Source of the DNA: Clostridiales bacterium
GTDB lineage: Bacteria > Bacillota > Clostridia > Christensenellales > UBA1242
Direction: 5' to 3'
DNA length: 64,000 nt
Assembly: GCA_918262735.1 (NCBI GenBank)
Contig: CAKJYJ010000003.1
Location: 84,883-148,882, forward strand
Positions 1 through 9,403 of this stretch are shown here, one piece after another (the stretch's first letter is position 1; each line of letters opens with the position of its first letter). Both the position numbers and the translations under genes were made by a program. The notes under the pieces were generated by a model. That model saw nothing but the letters and a program-made list of their open reading frames with translations. It was not told where the DNA came from and ran no database searches.

Positions 1-1
1 T

Positions 2-223
2 TTAGGATTTTTAATAAACGCGTATTTCAACACGTACTATATGGACGAAGATGGATTTATGACCGACACAAACTACAAGTATTTGAACATAACAAATAGC
101 CAAACAAATAAAGATTTGGAAGACGGAAAAATAAAGTATATTCTATACGGAATTAACAGTGTCAACAAAGCGTTCACATATGACATTTCATTTATATTTG
201 ATTTTATTGAAGATACAGAATAA
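2..223 (+). CDS. 3' end of a gene cut by the window edge; hypothetical protein
   Basis: Frame is open from position 2 to TAA at 221-223. A hairpin terminator follows. No family recognised. Confidence 0.3.
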   Translation, partial: LGFLINAYFNTYYMDEDGFMTDTNYKYLNITNSQTNKDLEDGKIKYILYGINSVNKAFTYDISFIFDFIEDTE

Positions 224-244
224 TCATTCAATTAGAATTTAATA

Positions 245-280
245 AAAAACACATTAAGATTTGTCTCAATGTGTTTTTTT
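245..280. terminator. Hairpin terminator between convergent genes
   Basis: Stem aacacatt(248-255)/aatgtgtt(268-275), flanked by an A-run upstream and a T-run downstream, so it could work on both strands. Confidence 0.55.
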
Positions 281-300
281 ATAATTCTTTATTAAAAATA

Positions 301-534
301 TTACAAAATTGCAGCAATCATACCGGCAAGAATCATAACAAGGGCAAATGTTAATATTCCAACATATGTTTTGTCAGACAAATCAACATGAGATTGTTTT
401 TTTGCAACTCTTGTTAATTTTTTTGCTAAAAAAGCAAGCGCAACACCAATAATAATTAATGTTAATCCAGCAATTCTTGGAGGTGTGAGTAAATAATCAT
501 TATAAAAATCGTTAACTAATAATAAACCAAACAT
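301..534 (-). CDS. Small two-helix membrane protein, hypothetical
   Basis: Two hydrophobic helices. An AGGAG (complement of 542-546) lies 7 nt before the internal ATG at 534, so I prefer this start to the ORF-track start at 558. Confidence 0.5.
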   Translation of the reverse strand: MFGLLLVNDFYNDYLLTPPRIAGLTLIIIGVALAFLAKKLTRVAKKQSHVDLSDKTYVGILTFALVMILAGMIAAIL

Positions 535-662
535 AATAAATCTCCTATAAAACAACAATAGTTTACCATACTTTTTTCAATATTTCAATACTTATTTTGA
601 AAAAAATAAAAAATTAACACAATTTATTATATCTGAATAGAATAATGTGGAAAGGAGGTAGA

Positions 663-1676
663 ATGAAAAAACTTTGTTTATTATTGGCTTTAATTGTTTG
701 CTTTGTTTCGGTTGCAATGGTTGGTTGTGGAGAAACAAAAAGTGATATTATAACTGTTAAGGTTAATGAGGTAACACATAGCATTTTTTATGCACCATTT
801 TATGTTGCAATAAATAATGGCTATTTTGCGGATGAAAAAATCAGTATTGAATTAACAAATGGGGGTGGCGCCGATGCATCAATGAGTGCAATTCTAAGTG
901 GTGATGCCAACATAGGCTTAATGGGGCCAGAAGCATCAATCTATGTTATTCAAGGTCAGGCAAATGACAAGCCGGTGGTTTTTGGTCAACTAACTAAGCG
1001 TGATGGCTCTTTTATTGTTGCAAAACACGAATATCCAGATTTTGAACTGTCCGATATGGTTGGAAAAGAGATTATTGGAGGAAGACAGGGCGGTGTTCCT
1101 GCAATGACTTTGGAATATTGTATAAAAAGTGCAGGGTTAGAAATAGGAGCTGGTGTAAATCAAGTTAACCTAAACACCAGTGTTGCTTTTGCAAACACCG
1201 CAAGCGTTTTTGAAACAACGTCGGCAGAGTTTTGTACACTTTTTGAACCAACAGCAAGTGAACTATGTGCATCAAAAGGTTATCATATTGTTGCAAGTGT
1301 TGGTGAAATAAGTGGTGAAGTTCCATACACTTGTTTTCAAACAAAAACAAGTTACTTTGAAAATAATCCATATATTTGTGAAAGATTCTTAAGGGCTGTG
1401 TATCGAGGATATAAATTCTTAGTCAATGCCACTGTTGATGAAATATATAACGCAGTTTCGCCATCATTTGCTGGCGTTAGTAAACAGTCAATCATAACCA
1501 GCATAAACAGCTATGTTAGTTCGGATGCATGGGTTTCAAATCCAGCAATGACAACTCAGGCGTTTGATAGCCTTCAAACAATTATGATGACGGCGGGATA
1601 CCTAGAGCAAAAAGCATCTTTTAATAGCGTTGTTAACAACAAAATTGCAAACAAAGTATACAAGTACTTTAATTAA
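663..1676 (+). CDS. ABC-transporter substrate-binding lipoprotein, NMT1/THI5-like (NitT/TauT-type)
   Basis: Lipoprotein signal MKKLCLLLALIVCFVSVAMVGCGE with a lipobox Cys. AAGGAGG lies just upstream of the ATG at 663. Periplasmic-binding fold signature (FYAPFYVA..NGYF, GGGADA). No permease or ATPase gene is adjacent. Confidence 0.7.
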   Translation: MKKLCLLLALIVCFVSVAMVGCGETKSDIITVKVNEVTHSIFYAPFYVAINNGYFADEKISIELTNGGGADASMSAILSGDANIGLMGPEASIYVIQGQANDKPVVFGQLTKRDGSFIVAKHEYPDFELSDMVGKEIIGGRQGGVPAMTLEYCIKSAGLEIGAGVNQVNLNTSVAFANTASVFETTSAEFCTLFEPTASELCASKGYHIVASVGEISGEVPYTCFQTKTSYFENNPYICERFLRAVYRGYKFLVNATVDEIYNAVSPSFAGVSKQSIITSINSYVSSDAWVSNPAMTTQAFDSLQTIMMTAGYLEQKASFNSVVNNKIANKVYKYFN

Positions 1677-1694
1677 ACAACAAAAGAATAATTG

Positions 1695-1719
1695 CCACAG
1701 CATGTGCTGTGGTTTTTTT
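1695..1719 (+). terminator. Rho-independent terminator
   Basis: ccacagca/tgctgtgg hairpin followed by T7. Confidence 0.7.
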
Positions 1720-1761
1720 ATAAGTATTATAAAAATAGTACGCAAATACACCACGTTTTAT

Positions 1762-1789
1762 TTGACAGTGATTATTGAAAAGTTATAAA
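1762..1789 (+). promoter_or_regulatory. Sigma-A-type promoter candidate for the LRR lipoprotein gene
   Basis: TTGACA (1762-1767), 16-nt spacer, TATAAA (1784-1789). Confidence 0.4.
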
Positions 1790-1855
1790 ATGTATACAAG
1801 CATAAAATGAAAGGCAAAATATTATTGAAATTAAAAGGAGGATAATAAAATAAAA

Positions 1856-3862
1856 ATGAATTTCAAAAAGAGTTTTTTAGGAATTGTACTTACTTTTGTT
1901 TTAGCATTAACGGGCCTTGGGCTTGTTGGCTGTGGCGGAGGTAGTCAAAATCAAGTTATTGATGATGGAGGACAGGACATACCACCAACATATAACGGTC
2001 AAGTTATTGTTAACAATGTTGCTAATGCAAATGTTGATTTGGCGCTATATGATGCGAGTGTTAAAGAAGAGAACATTTTAAGGTCAGTAACAACAAACAC
2101 CAATGCATCATTTGAGTACCAAGCATTAACATTTAACACAAGCGATGCACAAGAAGCATATGAAGTGCAAATGAAAGCGTTTGTGTTAACAGTAACAAAC
2201 AATTCAAACGCAGATCTTGGCGTATATTTCTGGAACAAGGCAGACACGGCCTCATTGCATAATGGTGTGGAAACAGCACCTCTAGAAGCAAAAATTGAGT
2301 TTGACACGGCAAAAAATGAAAAGAGTGACATATTATATGGTCATCATTTGTATGGTTCTAGTGATGATTTTGATGTTGAATATGAGTTTTATAACCATGT
2401 TCCGGCAGGAGTAACAGAAACAATGCATGTGTTTATAAGGGTAAACGAAATAACTGCAACAAACATGCAATTTAAGTCTCCAATCTATTTAAACATTGAA
2501 ACATATGTTCCAAACGAAGAAGAAGTTATGGCTGCTCATGATGAATTCTATGAAAATCTTGAGGAACCTGAAGATATTTCACAATTTCCGAACCCAGATG
2601 ATTACGATAATATGGAAGAGTATTATGCTGCTTATGAAAATGCAATGGCTGATTATTACATTGAATGTGGATGTTATGCTTTGCCAACATTTGTAAAGTG
2701 TGCTGAAAATGGCCATGGGTTTTATACTGGTCTAACTTCAATATCTATTGAAACAGATGCTGAAACTGGAGACGCCCAAACTGTTGTTGGTGAGGTTGTA
2801 AATTCTCCAGAAAATTATAGGGTTACACACTTGGTTCTAAACTATAATGACACTGGTTATTACCTAGCTGAAATGACATCTGAAAATTCTGCAGACATCT
2901 ATTTTTTTGGTAGCGAATCTGGTTATGAAGTAAGATGTCCAGAATTAGTTGCAATCAGTTTACCAGAATCTTTGGCAAATGCTCAAGCATTTGTTCTTCA
3001 TTCAGATAGCCTTGAATCTATAATACTTCCAGATGGCAATATACAACTAGCATGCTATAACCATGTTCGTGAAAGTCTTGAAAATCTTGATACTGAACTA
3101 GTTCAGCAATGGTTGGGTGAAGCAATGATGGTAGAATGTGGAGAAGAGATTGATGAAGAGGAGGCTGTAAGAGGTTTGTTTGTTCTTGGTTTACCAAACC
3201 TAAAAACATGCCTTATGGTAACCGAAAACACAACAGTATTAGCAATTTCCGGGTCAGCAACATTTCAAGTTGATGGTTTAGAATATGTTGGCACATTAGA
3301 CAATGCATTCTATACACTTGTTGGTGTGGATGGCGATTCTGAAGATTTAGATTGGGAAAATATTATTGTTCATGATGGTTGTGAAATAATAGCATATAGT
3401 GCATTTGCCTACAAATATTCTCTTGTGGGCATCACACTGCCAGAGAGTTTAAAGACTATTGAAAATAGTGCTTTTTGGAATTGCCGCAATTTAACAAGCA
3501 TCGTCATACCAGACGGCGTGGAAAATATTGGTGTTTATGCTTTTTCTAATTGCAGCAGATTAACATATGTTGCCATACCAGAGAGCGTAGAAAATATAGG
3601 CTATCAAGCTTTTGGTTATTGTAACAATTTAGTTGCGATTTACTTACCAAGCTCTGTTGGAACAATTGGGTGGGGTGCATTTTATTCATGTAATAGCAAC
3701 TTAGTTATATACACAGATATAGGCGACATAACAGAAGTCCCTGAAGGATGGGATAATAGTTGGAATAAGCGTTATGGTAACTATAGTCCTGAATATAATG
3801 TTGTTTGGGATTCAACTCTGGATGACTATTTAGATTATGTTGAAAACCTAAGCCAAGAATAA
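1856..3862 (+). CDS. Surface lipoprotein with a C-terminal BspA-type leucine-rich repeat (LRR_5-like) domain
   Basis: Lipobox LVGCGG. C-terminal repeats follow the pattern IPxSVxxIGxxAFxxCxxLTxI. The N-terminal beta-rich domain (VTNNSNADLGVYFWN) resembles the N-termini of the 4091 and 30454 proteins. Confidence 0.8.
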   Translation: MNFKKSFLGIVLTFVLALTGLGLVGCGGGSQNQVIDDGGQDIPPTYNGQVIVNNVANANVDLALYDASVKEENILRSVTTNTNASFEYQALTFNTSDAQEAYEVQMKAFVLTVTNNSNADLGVYFWNKADTASLHNGVETAPLEAKIEFDTAKNEKSDILYGHHLYGSSDDFDVEYEFYNHVPAGVTETMHVFIRVNEITATNMQFKSPIYLNIETYVPNEEEVMAAHDEFYENLEEPEDISQFPNPDDYDNMEEYYAAYENAMADYYIECGCYALPTFVKCAENGHGFYTGLTSISIETDAETGDAQTVVGEVVNSPENYRVTHLVLNYNDTGYYLAEMTSENSADIYFFGSESGYEVRCPELVAISLPESLANAQAFVLHSDSLESIILPDGNIQLACYNHVRESLENLDTELVQQWLGEAMMVECGEEIDEEEAVRGLFVLGLPNLKTCLMVTENTTVLAISGSATFQVDGLEYVGTLDNAFYTLVGVDGDSEDLDWENIIVHDGCEIIAYSAFAYKYSLVGITLPESLKTIENSAFWNCRNLTSIVIPDGVENIGVYAFSNCSRLTYVAIPESVENIGYQAFGYCNNLVAIYLPSSVGTIGWGAFYSCNSNLVIYTDIGDITEVPEGWDNSWNKRYGNYSPEYNVVWDSTLDDYLDYVENLSQE

Positions 3863-4002
3863 ACAATTAGAATTAAATAAAAGATTATGCAAATATTTGT
3901 GTAATCTTTTTTTTATTTGTAGGTTTAGTATGTTGTTGTGGAAAAATACTTGATTAAACAAATAATAATCGTTTTTATTCATAATAATAAATGTAAAAAC
4001 AT

Positions 4003-4030
4003 TTGACATTAAACGACTTTTTGTTATATA
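4003..4030 (+). promoter_or_regulatory. Sigma-A-type promoter with extended -10
   Basis: TTGACA (4003-4008), 16-nt spacer, TGtTATATA (4022-4030). Confidence 0.45.
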
Positions 4031-4090
4031 AGTAATATAACAACTTTGCAATGATATTAAAATATTATCATATTTTAAGGAGATGTGCAT

Positions 4091-7000
4091 ATGAAATTCA
4101 GAATAGGTTTAGCAATATTTACGGTTTTTGCAGTCATTGTTGGGGTGGCTGTATTTTTATTCTTACCAAAGGGTGGAATAAGAAACGGAATATTTTTTAA
4201 AACATACGAAGGAGTTTATGCAAAAATAACAGGTTCTGTTACTGGCGGTGCAAATGATATTGAACTGAATGATTTGGTTTATGGTGATGGCTCTGCACCA
4301 ACGGGGCAGGAACTATCATCTTGGCAAGTGAACCTTGATTTTGGCGACGGCGATGAAATTACCGTAACCATTAGGGTTGAAAATCAAAGTGCAGATTCAC
4401 TATATTTGTTCTTCCAAGATAACGGAAGCGAAATATATAATGTGACCAAAGCAATATACAATAATGGAAGACCATATCAAAGCGGAAAAATAATCTTTAT
4501 TGGTGCCTCTGGCGAAGTAGATGATGAAACAATATTAACAATAGTATTCAGAAAAGAACAAGATGTTACAACAAACATCAGGTATAGGTATGAACTAAAA
4601 CTAACAGGCGACCCAACAGTTGAAGAGGGGCTTGTTACCACAACCGACCTAATATTTGAATATGACCAAACAAACAACACAGCAATTGTAACTGGCATTT
4701 CAGCATCTTCAACCGATAGTGCAATAACAATTCCAGCAAAAGTAATAAAAGATGGAACTGCATACACGGTTAAAGGAATAGGTGATAGTGCCTTTGAAAA
4801 TAAAACAAACATAGCCAGCGTAATATTCCCATATTCACTAACTAGCATTGGTAATAGTGCTTTTTTTGGTTGCACTAACTTAAGAGATGTTGAAATACCA
4901 CCAACAGTATTAACCATAGGCAATAAGGCATTCCAAAAATGTACATCACTCGAAACAATAGTAATTCCAGATAGTGTTACATCAATTGGTAAAAACATAT
5001 TCACACAGTGCACAGCATTAACAAATGTTGAAATAGGAAGAAATTTAACAAATTTAGCTTCATATGCGTTCTCAAAATGCTCTGCATTACAACAAATAAC
5101 TATTCCACAAACAGTAACTTCATTTGGAACATATTTATTTCTGGACTGCATAAATTTAACAACAGTTAACATTCCATCAAGAGTAACCGAACTCCCAGAT
5201 AGAGTGTTCTCTGGTTGTAAAAAACTTCAATTATCAGCCATTCCAGAAGGAATAACCAAGATAGGTAACAATGCTTTATATGATTGTGAAAAAATAACAA
5301 ACTTAACACTGCCAACTTCACTGACAGAAGTATCATCTAATACATTTGCTGGGCTTGGTAATTTGGAAAATTTAATTGTTCCATGTTCATTTACACTAAC
5401 ACAAAATTCGCCATTTTTAAACATAAACGTTATGCCAGATATAACAGCTTATGCAACCACAGATTGCTCAATAATGGGTGATATATTTTGTAGTTCAAAC
5501 ATTTCAACAATCACACTTAGAGAGGGAATAACGGAAATATTAGAGTATGCATTTTATTACTGCCACTTTTTAACAGAAATCTCAATTCCAGCAAGTGTAA
5601 CCAGTATCGGTAACGCGGCATTTAATGAATGCAACAACTTAACAAAAGTAGTAACTCCAAGAATAGAAGATTGGCTTAATATTTCATTTAGCAATGAGTT
5701 CTCTAATCCATTATTCTATGCACATAACCTATACACAACAGATGGAGTTAATGAAACATTAATCACAAATCTCGTTGTACCAAGCACAGTTACAGCAATT
5801 AACAATTATTCATTGTATGGGTGCTTAAGCATCACTAGTGTAACAATTCCAGCTAGTGTGGCTAGTATAGGCACTAGTGCCTTTCAAGAGTGTAGTGGGT
5901 TAATAAAGGTGGTAACTCCAAGAATAGAAGATTGGCTACAAATATCTTTTGAGAATTATTACGCGAACCCATTATCCAATGCTCATAACCTATACGTAAT
6001 AGACGGATTAAGTGAATCATTAGTTACCAATCTTTATGTACCAAACACTGTCACAGCAATAAAAGACTATGCGTTCCGAGGTTGTAGCAGTATAACCAGT
6101 GTAACAATATCAAATGGCGTGAGCAGCATAGGTAATAGCGCATTTTCTAATTGTGGTTGTTTAACCGGTGTAACCATACCAAGTAGTGTAACTAGTATGG
6201 GTAACTATGCATTTTCTGGTTGTACCAGTCTAACCAGTGTGAATATTGGAAGTGGTGTAACCAGCATAGGAGATTCTGCATTCTCTGGTTGCTCTGGCGT
6301 TGTTACTATGGTAATACCTGCTAGTGTAACTAGTATTGGTAGATATTCATTCTCAGGTTGCTCTGGGTTGACTAATATTACTTTTGAAGACAACTCGCAA
6401 TTAGAAACAATAAAAGAGTATACATTTAATAATTGTTCAGCACTTAAACACATAATTATTCCAGCTAGTGTTAGAACAATTGAAAAAAATGCTTTTAAAT
6501 CTTGTTCTGGGCTTGAGAGCATTTACATTCCTAGTTCTGTGTTAACTATAAGTGCAACCTGGTATTATGACTCGCCATTTTACTATTGTTTGAGCATTTT
6601 GACCATTTATACCGATGTTGAGAATTCGAATAACAAACCAAACGGTTGGTCAACATGCTGGAATAGATATTCATCATCAAGTAATACATTAACCGTTATT
6701 TGGAATACCAGTTCAGAGAATTATATAACAATGATATCTCTAAAACAAAACAACCCCGACTTTAAATTTAATGGCACAAAAATAATAGGTTATAATGGCA
6801 ATTCAGAGAATATTGTTATTCCAGATGGTGTAACTGGCATAGGTGGTACCACTGAAACATTCCAAAATAAAACATTCATACAAAGTATTCAACTTCCAAA
6901 CACATTAACAAGTATTGATGCAAATGCATTTAATGGTTGCACAGGACTAACCAAGGTTATTGTTTTAAGTCTTGATGATTGGTTAAAAATATCATTTGTT

Positions 7001-8458
7001 AATAACACTGCAAACCCACTATATTATGCCCATCATTTATATGTTGATGAAGAAGAGATAAAAGATATAGTTATCCCAAGTACAATTTCGGAAATTAAGC
7101 AATATGCATTCTATGGGTGTAATGATATAACAAGTGTCACAATTTCAGAGGGTGTGACAAATATTAGTCAATATGCTTTTTATAACAATAAAAAACTTAG
7201 AAGTGTTGTAATTTCTTCCACTGTTGAGAGAATTGGTAATTATGCATTTGATTTATGTTATCAATTGACAGTAATTTATAACTTATCAAATAAACTTTCA
7301 TTTTCAATTGGTTCAACTGGCAATGGCAACGTAGCAAACTATGCCGTTGTTATATATGATAATTTGGATACGGTTAGTGAGTTTATCATAACAGATGGAG
7401 TGGTATACTACAAAGATAGCAATAGTAGTTACATTGCGATCGGTTTGAAAGACGATAGCAAAAAGGCCATAACGCTTAAAGCAGAAACCACACAAATAAA
7501 ATGTTATGCATTCTATGGTAAATCGTTAATCAGTGTATCATATGAAGAAAATGTACAACTAAAAACTATTGGCAAATATGCATTTAGTAATTGTAATCAT
7601 ATAAATAGTGTGATTATTCCAAGCTTGGTCACAAACATAGATAGTAAGGCATTTGATAATTGCCGTTATATTGCAGAGGTATATAATTATTCAAGTCTTA
7701 CTATAAGTAAAGGAAGTACATCCAATGGGGGAGTGGCTCAATACGCAGAGGTTGTGTATAGTGGAGCAAATCTAAATACAACAAGTAGAATTGAAGTGAT
7801 TGATGGTGTTATTTATTACAAAAATTCAGAAACGGATTATGTGGTTGTTGGATTGAGTGAAAACAGAGAATCAATAATACTTAATTCAAATTCTACAAAA
7901 ATAAGATCATATGCATTCTATGGAAATACAACTCTAGTTAGTATCACAATTCCTAACAATGTAACACAAATTGGTCGAGATGCATTCTATCATTGCATAA
8001 ACCTTGAATCGGTTTTATTAGGTAATGAGTCAAAGCTAGAAACAATAAGCACAGAGGCTTTTCAACAATGCAGTAATCTTACAAATATAAGTTTGCCAGA
8101 AACACTTACAACTATAGGTAGTTATGCTTTTCAAAGTTGTTATAAATTGCCAAGTGTTATTATTCATGAACAAGTCAACACAATAAATACATATGCCTTT
8201 AGTTTTTGTTATAACTTGAAAACTGTTACAATAGATAGTGCAAATATATACAAAAAGGCAGTGGGAACTTCATACAATCAGGCGGGGAGTTTACTTTTAA
8301 ACGCAACCACAATTAATGTTCTTGCAAGCGTGGTTGATGGGGATGGAAACACAAATAGTTTCTTAAACGATACAACAAAATTCACAAAAGGCGAAAACGC
8401 TGTTAAGATAAGTGAAGACAATGAGAACCTATACTATGTTTACACAAAAGTTCAATAA
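4091..8458 (+). CDS. Very large BspA-like leucine-rich-repeat surface protein (about 1455 aa)
   Basis: N-terminal signal/anchor helix, followed by dozens of ~23-aa units (IPxSVTSIGxxAFxxCxxLTSV). AAGGAG lies 8 nt before the ATG at 4091; the ORF-track GTG at 4085 sits too close to the RBS. Confidence 0.85.
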   Translation: MKFRIGLAIFTVFAVIVGVAVFLFLPKGGIRNGIFFKTYEGVYAKITGSVTGGANDIELNDLVYGDGSAPTGQELSSWQVNLDFGDGDEITVTIRVENQSADSLYLFFQDNGSEIYNVTKAIYNNGRPYQSGKIIFIGASGEVDDETILTIVFRKEQDVTTNIRYRYELKLTGDPTVEEGLVTTTDLIFEYDQTNNTAIVTGISASSTDSAITIPAKVIKDGTAYTVKGIGDSAFENKTNIASVIFPYSLTSIGNSAFFGCTNLRDVEIPPTVLTIGNKAFQKCTSLETIVIPDSVTSIGKNIFTQCTALTNVEIGRNLTNLASYAFSKCSALQQITIPQTVTSFGTYLFLDCINLTTVNIPSRVTELPDRVFSGCKKLQLSAIPEGITKIGNNALYDCEKITNLTLPTSLTEVSSNTFAGLGNLENLIVPCSFTLTQNSPFLNINVMPDITAYATTDCSIMGDIFCSSNISTITLREGITEILEYAFYYCHFLTEISIPASVTSIGNAAFNECNNLTKVVTPRIEDWLNISFSNEFSNPLFYAHNLYTTDGVNETLITNLVVPSTVTAINNYSLYGCLSITSVTIPASVASIGTSAFQECSGLIKVVTPRIEDWLQISFENYYANPLSNAHNLYVIDGLSESLVTNLYVPNTVTAIKDYAFRGCSSITSVTISNGVSSIGNSAFSNCGCLTGVTIPSSVTSMGNYAFSGCTSLTSVNIGSGVTSIGDSAFSGCSGVVTMVIPASVTSIGRYSFSGCSGLTNITFEDNSQLETIKEYTFNNCSALKHIIIPASVRTIEKNAFKSCSGLESIYIPSSVLTISATWYYDSPFYYCLSILTIYTDVENSNNKPNGWSTCWNRYSSSSNTLTVIWNTSSENYITMISLKQNNPDFKFNGTKIIGYNGNSENIVIPDGVTGIGGTTETFQNKTFIQSIQLPNTLTSIDANAFNGCTGLTKVIVLSLDDWLKISFVNNTANPLYYAHHLYVDEEEIKDIVIPSTISEIKQYAFYGCNDITSVTISEGVTNISQYAFYNNKKLRSVVISSTVERIGNYAFDLCYQLTVIYNLSNKLSFSIGSTGNGNVANYAVVIYDNLDTVSEFIITDGVVYYKDSNSSYIAIGLKDDSKKAITLKAETTQIKCYAFYGKSLISVSYEENVQLKTIGKYAFSNCNHINSVIIPSLVTNIDSKAFDNCRYIAEVYNYSSLTISKGSTSNGGVAQYAEVVYSGANLNTTSRIEVIDGVIYYKNSETDYVVVGLSENRESIILNSNSTKIRSYAFYGNTTLVSITIPNNVTQIGRDAFYHCINLESVLLGNESKLETISTEAFQQCSNLTNISLPETLTTIGSYAFQSCYKLPSVIIHEQVNTINTYAFSFCYNLKTVTIDSANIYKKAVGTSYNQAGSLLLNATTINVLASVVDGDGNTNSFLNDTTKFTKGENAVKISEDNENLYYVYTKVQ
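5648..6169 (+). repeat. Tandem 261-bp (87-codon) duplication inside the LRR gene
   Basis: The unit starting gt(a/g)gtaactccaagaatagaagattggct occurs at 5648 and again at 5909. The encoded modules KVVTPRIEDWL(N/Q)ISF...NPL...AHNLY...LRR are colinear. A more diverged third copy lies near 6955-7200. Confidence 0.7.
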
Positions 8459-8692
8459 AAAATTAGCAGAACATATTAATTAAAATTAGATAAGTTAATA
8501 TTGAATAATTAATTATTTATTTAATATTTTCTTATCTTTTTTTTAATAATTATTAATATTAAAAAATGGCGAAAATAAAGGGAATTCCGATTATTTGATA
8601 TTTTTTTATTTTAATTAATAATTATTTTTTAATTAATTTTTAATATTTTTTATTTATATGTAAAAACTATCACTAATTGAGGTATAAATATA

Positions 8693-9331
8693 ATGACTTT
8701 TTCGGTTATGTTTTTGGGGCTCTTAATCATATTAACTGCATTCAATGTTGGGGAGGGTATTTGGAAAAAGATTGGTTTTGAGAAAAAAGGAATATTAACG
8801 TTGTTAATACTTTGTTTGGTTTTATACTTTGTTCCAAACATTGTGATTAGCGGTATAACTTTCACATGGGTTGGGTTTGTTTTGCCAATTATTTTTTCAA
8901 CTGTCATTATTTTAAATGTAAGGAATATCAAAAAGTATGTAAGAATGTTTGTTGCGGCATTGATTGCTTTTTGCTTTGGAATAATTTATAACTTAATAAC
9001 TTTTGATGTTTACGAAACAAACATAATGCAACCAAACTTAGTTTTGGCGTTGATTGTTGGGAGCATACCACTAATTGCTGTTGGAGAGCCTAAGCGTTTG
9101 TTTGCGTCAAATACTATTGGCTTTCTTTTCGCTGAATTAGTCTTCTATTTGTCTAGATACTCACTATATGGTGATTATTATTTAACACTCGGTAGTGAGA
9201 AAATAATTACTATTTTACTTGTTGGCTTTGTTTTTTCAGAAATAGTTTATATGCTGTATAGAAAAATTCGTGTTAAGATGCTTAGAAGGAAACTGTTAAA
9301 AAGGGAACATGAAAAAATGTTGGCGGGCTAG
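8693..9331 (+). CDS. Polytopic membrane protein, hypothetical (sits upstream of der, as yphA does in B. subtilis)
   Basis: About six hydrophobic helices and a basic C-terminal tail. GAGGT RBS upstream. No motif recognised. Confidence 0.5.
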   Translation: MTFSVMFLGLLIILTAFNVGEGIWKKIGFEKKGILTLLILCLVLYFVPNIVISGITFTWVGFVLPIIFSTVIILNVRNIKKYVRMFVAALIAFCFGIIYNLITFDVYETNIMQPNLVLALIVGSIPLIAVGEPKRLFASNTIGFLFAELVFYLSRYSLYGDYYLTLGSEKIITILLVGFVFSEIVYMLYRKIRVKMLRRKLLKREHEKMLAG

Positions 9332-9355
9332 TAGTTTTTTAATTGCTCAATTTGT

Positions 9356-9384
9356 TTGAAAATATCTTTGTTTTGTGCTATTCT
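9356..9384 (+). promoter_or_regulatory. Sigma-A-type promoter candidate for der
   Basis: TTGAAA (9356-9361), 17-nt spacer, TGcTATTCT (9376-9384). Confidence 0.4.
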
Positions 9385-9403
9385 ATTTGCGTAGAGGTAT
9401 TAA

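Noticed and set aside
4477-5172. 231-aa antisense ORF inside the large LRR gene, plus similar long minus-strand ORFs such as 19517..20092 opposite era and 21124..21498 opposite rnhB
   Set aside because: These are shadow ORFs opposite strongly supported genes. They have hydrophobic or low-complexity translations, no RBS, and no room for promoters.
4700-8200. Regular ~69-bp periodicity that might suggest a CRISPR array or satellite
   Set aside because: The periodicity lies in-frame within a continuous ORF and encodes BspA-type leucine-rich repeats. There is no repeat/spacer structure with identical repeats and no cas genes.
8459-8692. Extremely AT-rich intergenic tracts (8459-8692, 30174-30453, 60400-60588) considered as replication origin, DnaA-box cluster or mobile-element ends
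   Set aside because: I could not spot TTATCCACA-like DnaA boxes, terminal inverted repeats or target-site duplications. They are adequately explained as terminator plus promoter regions.
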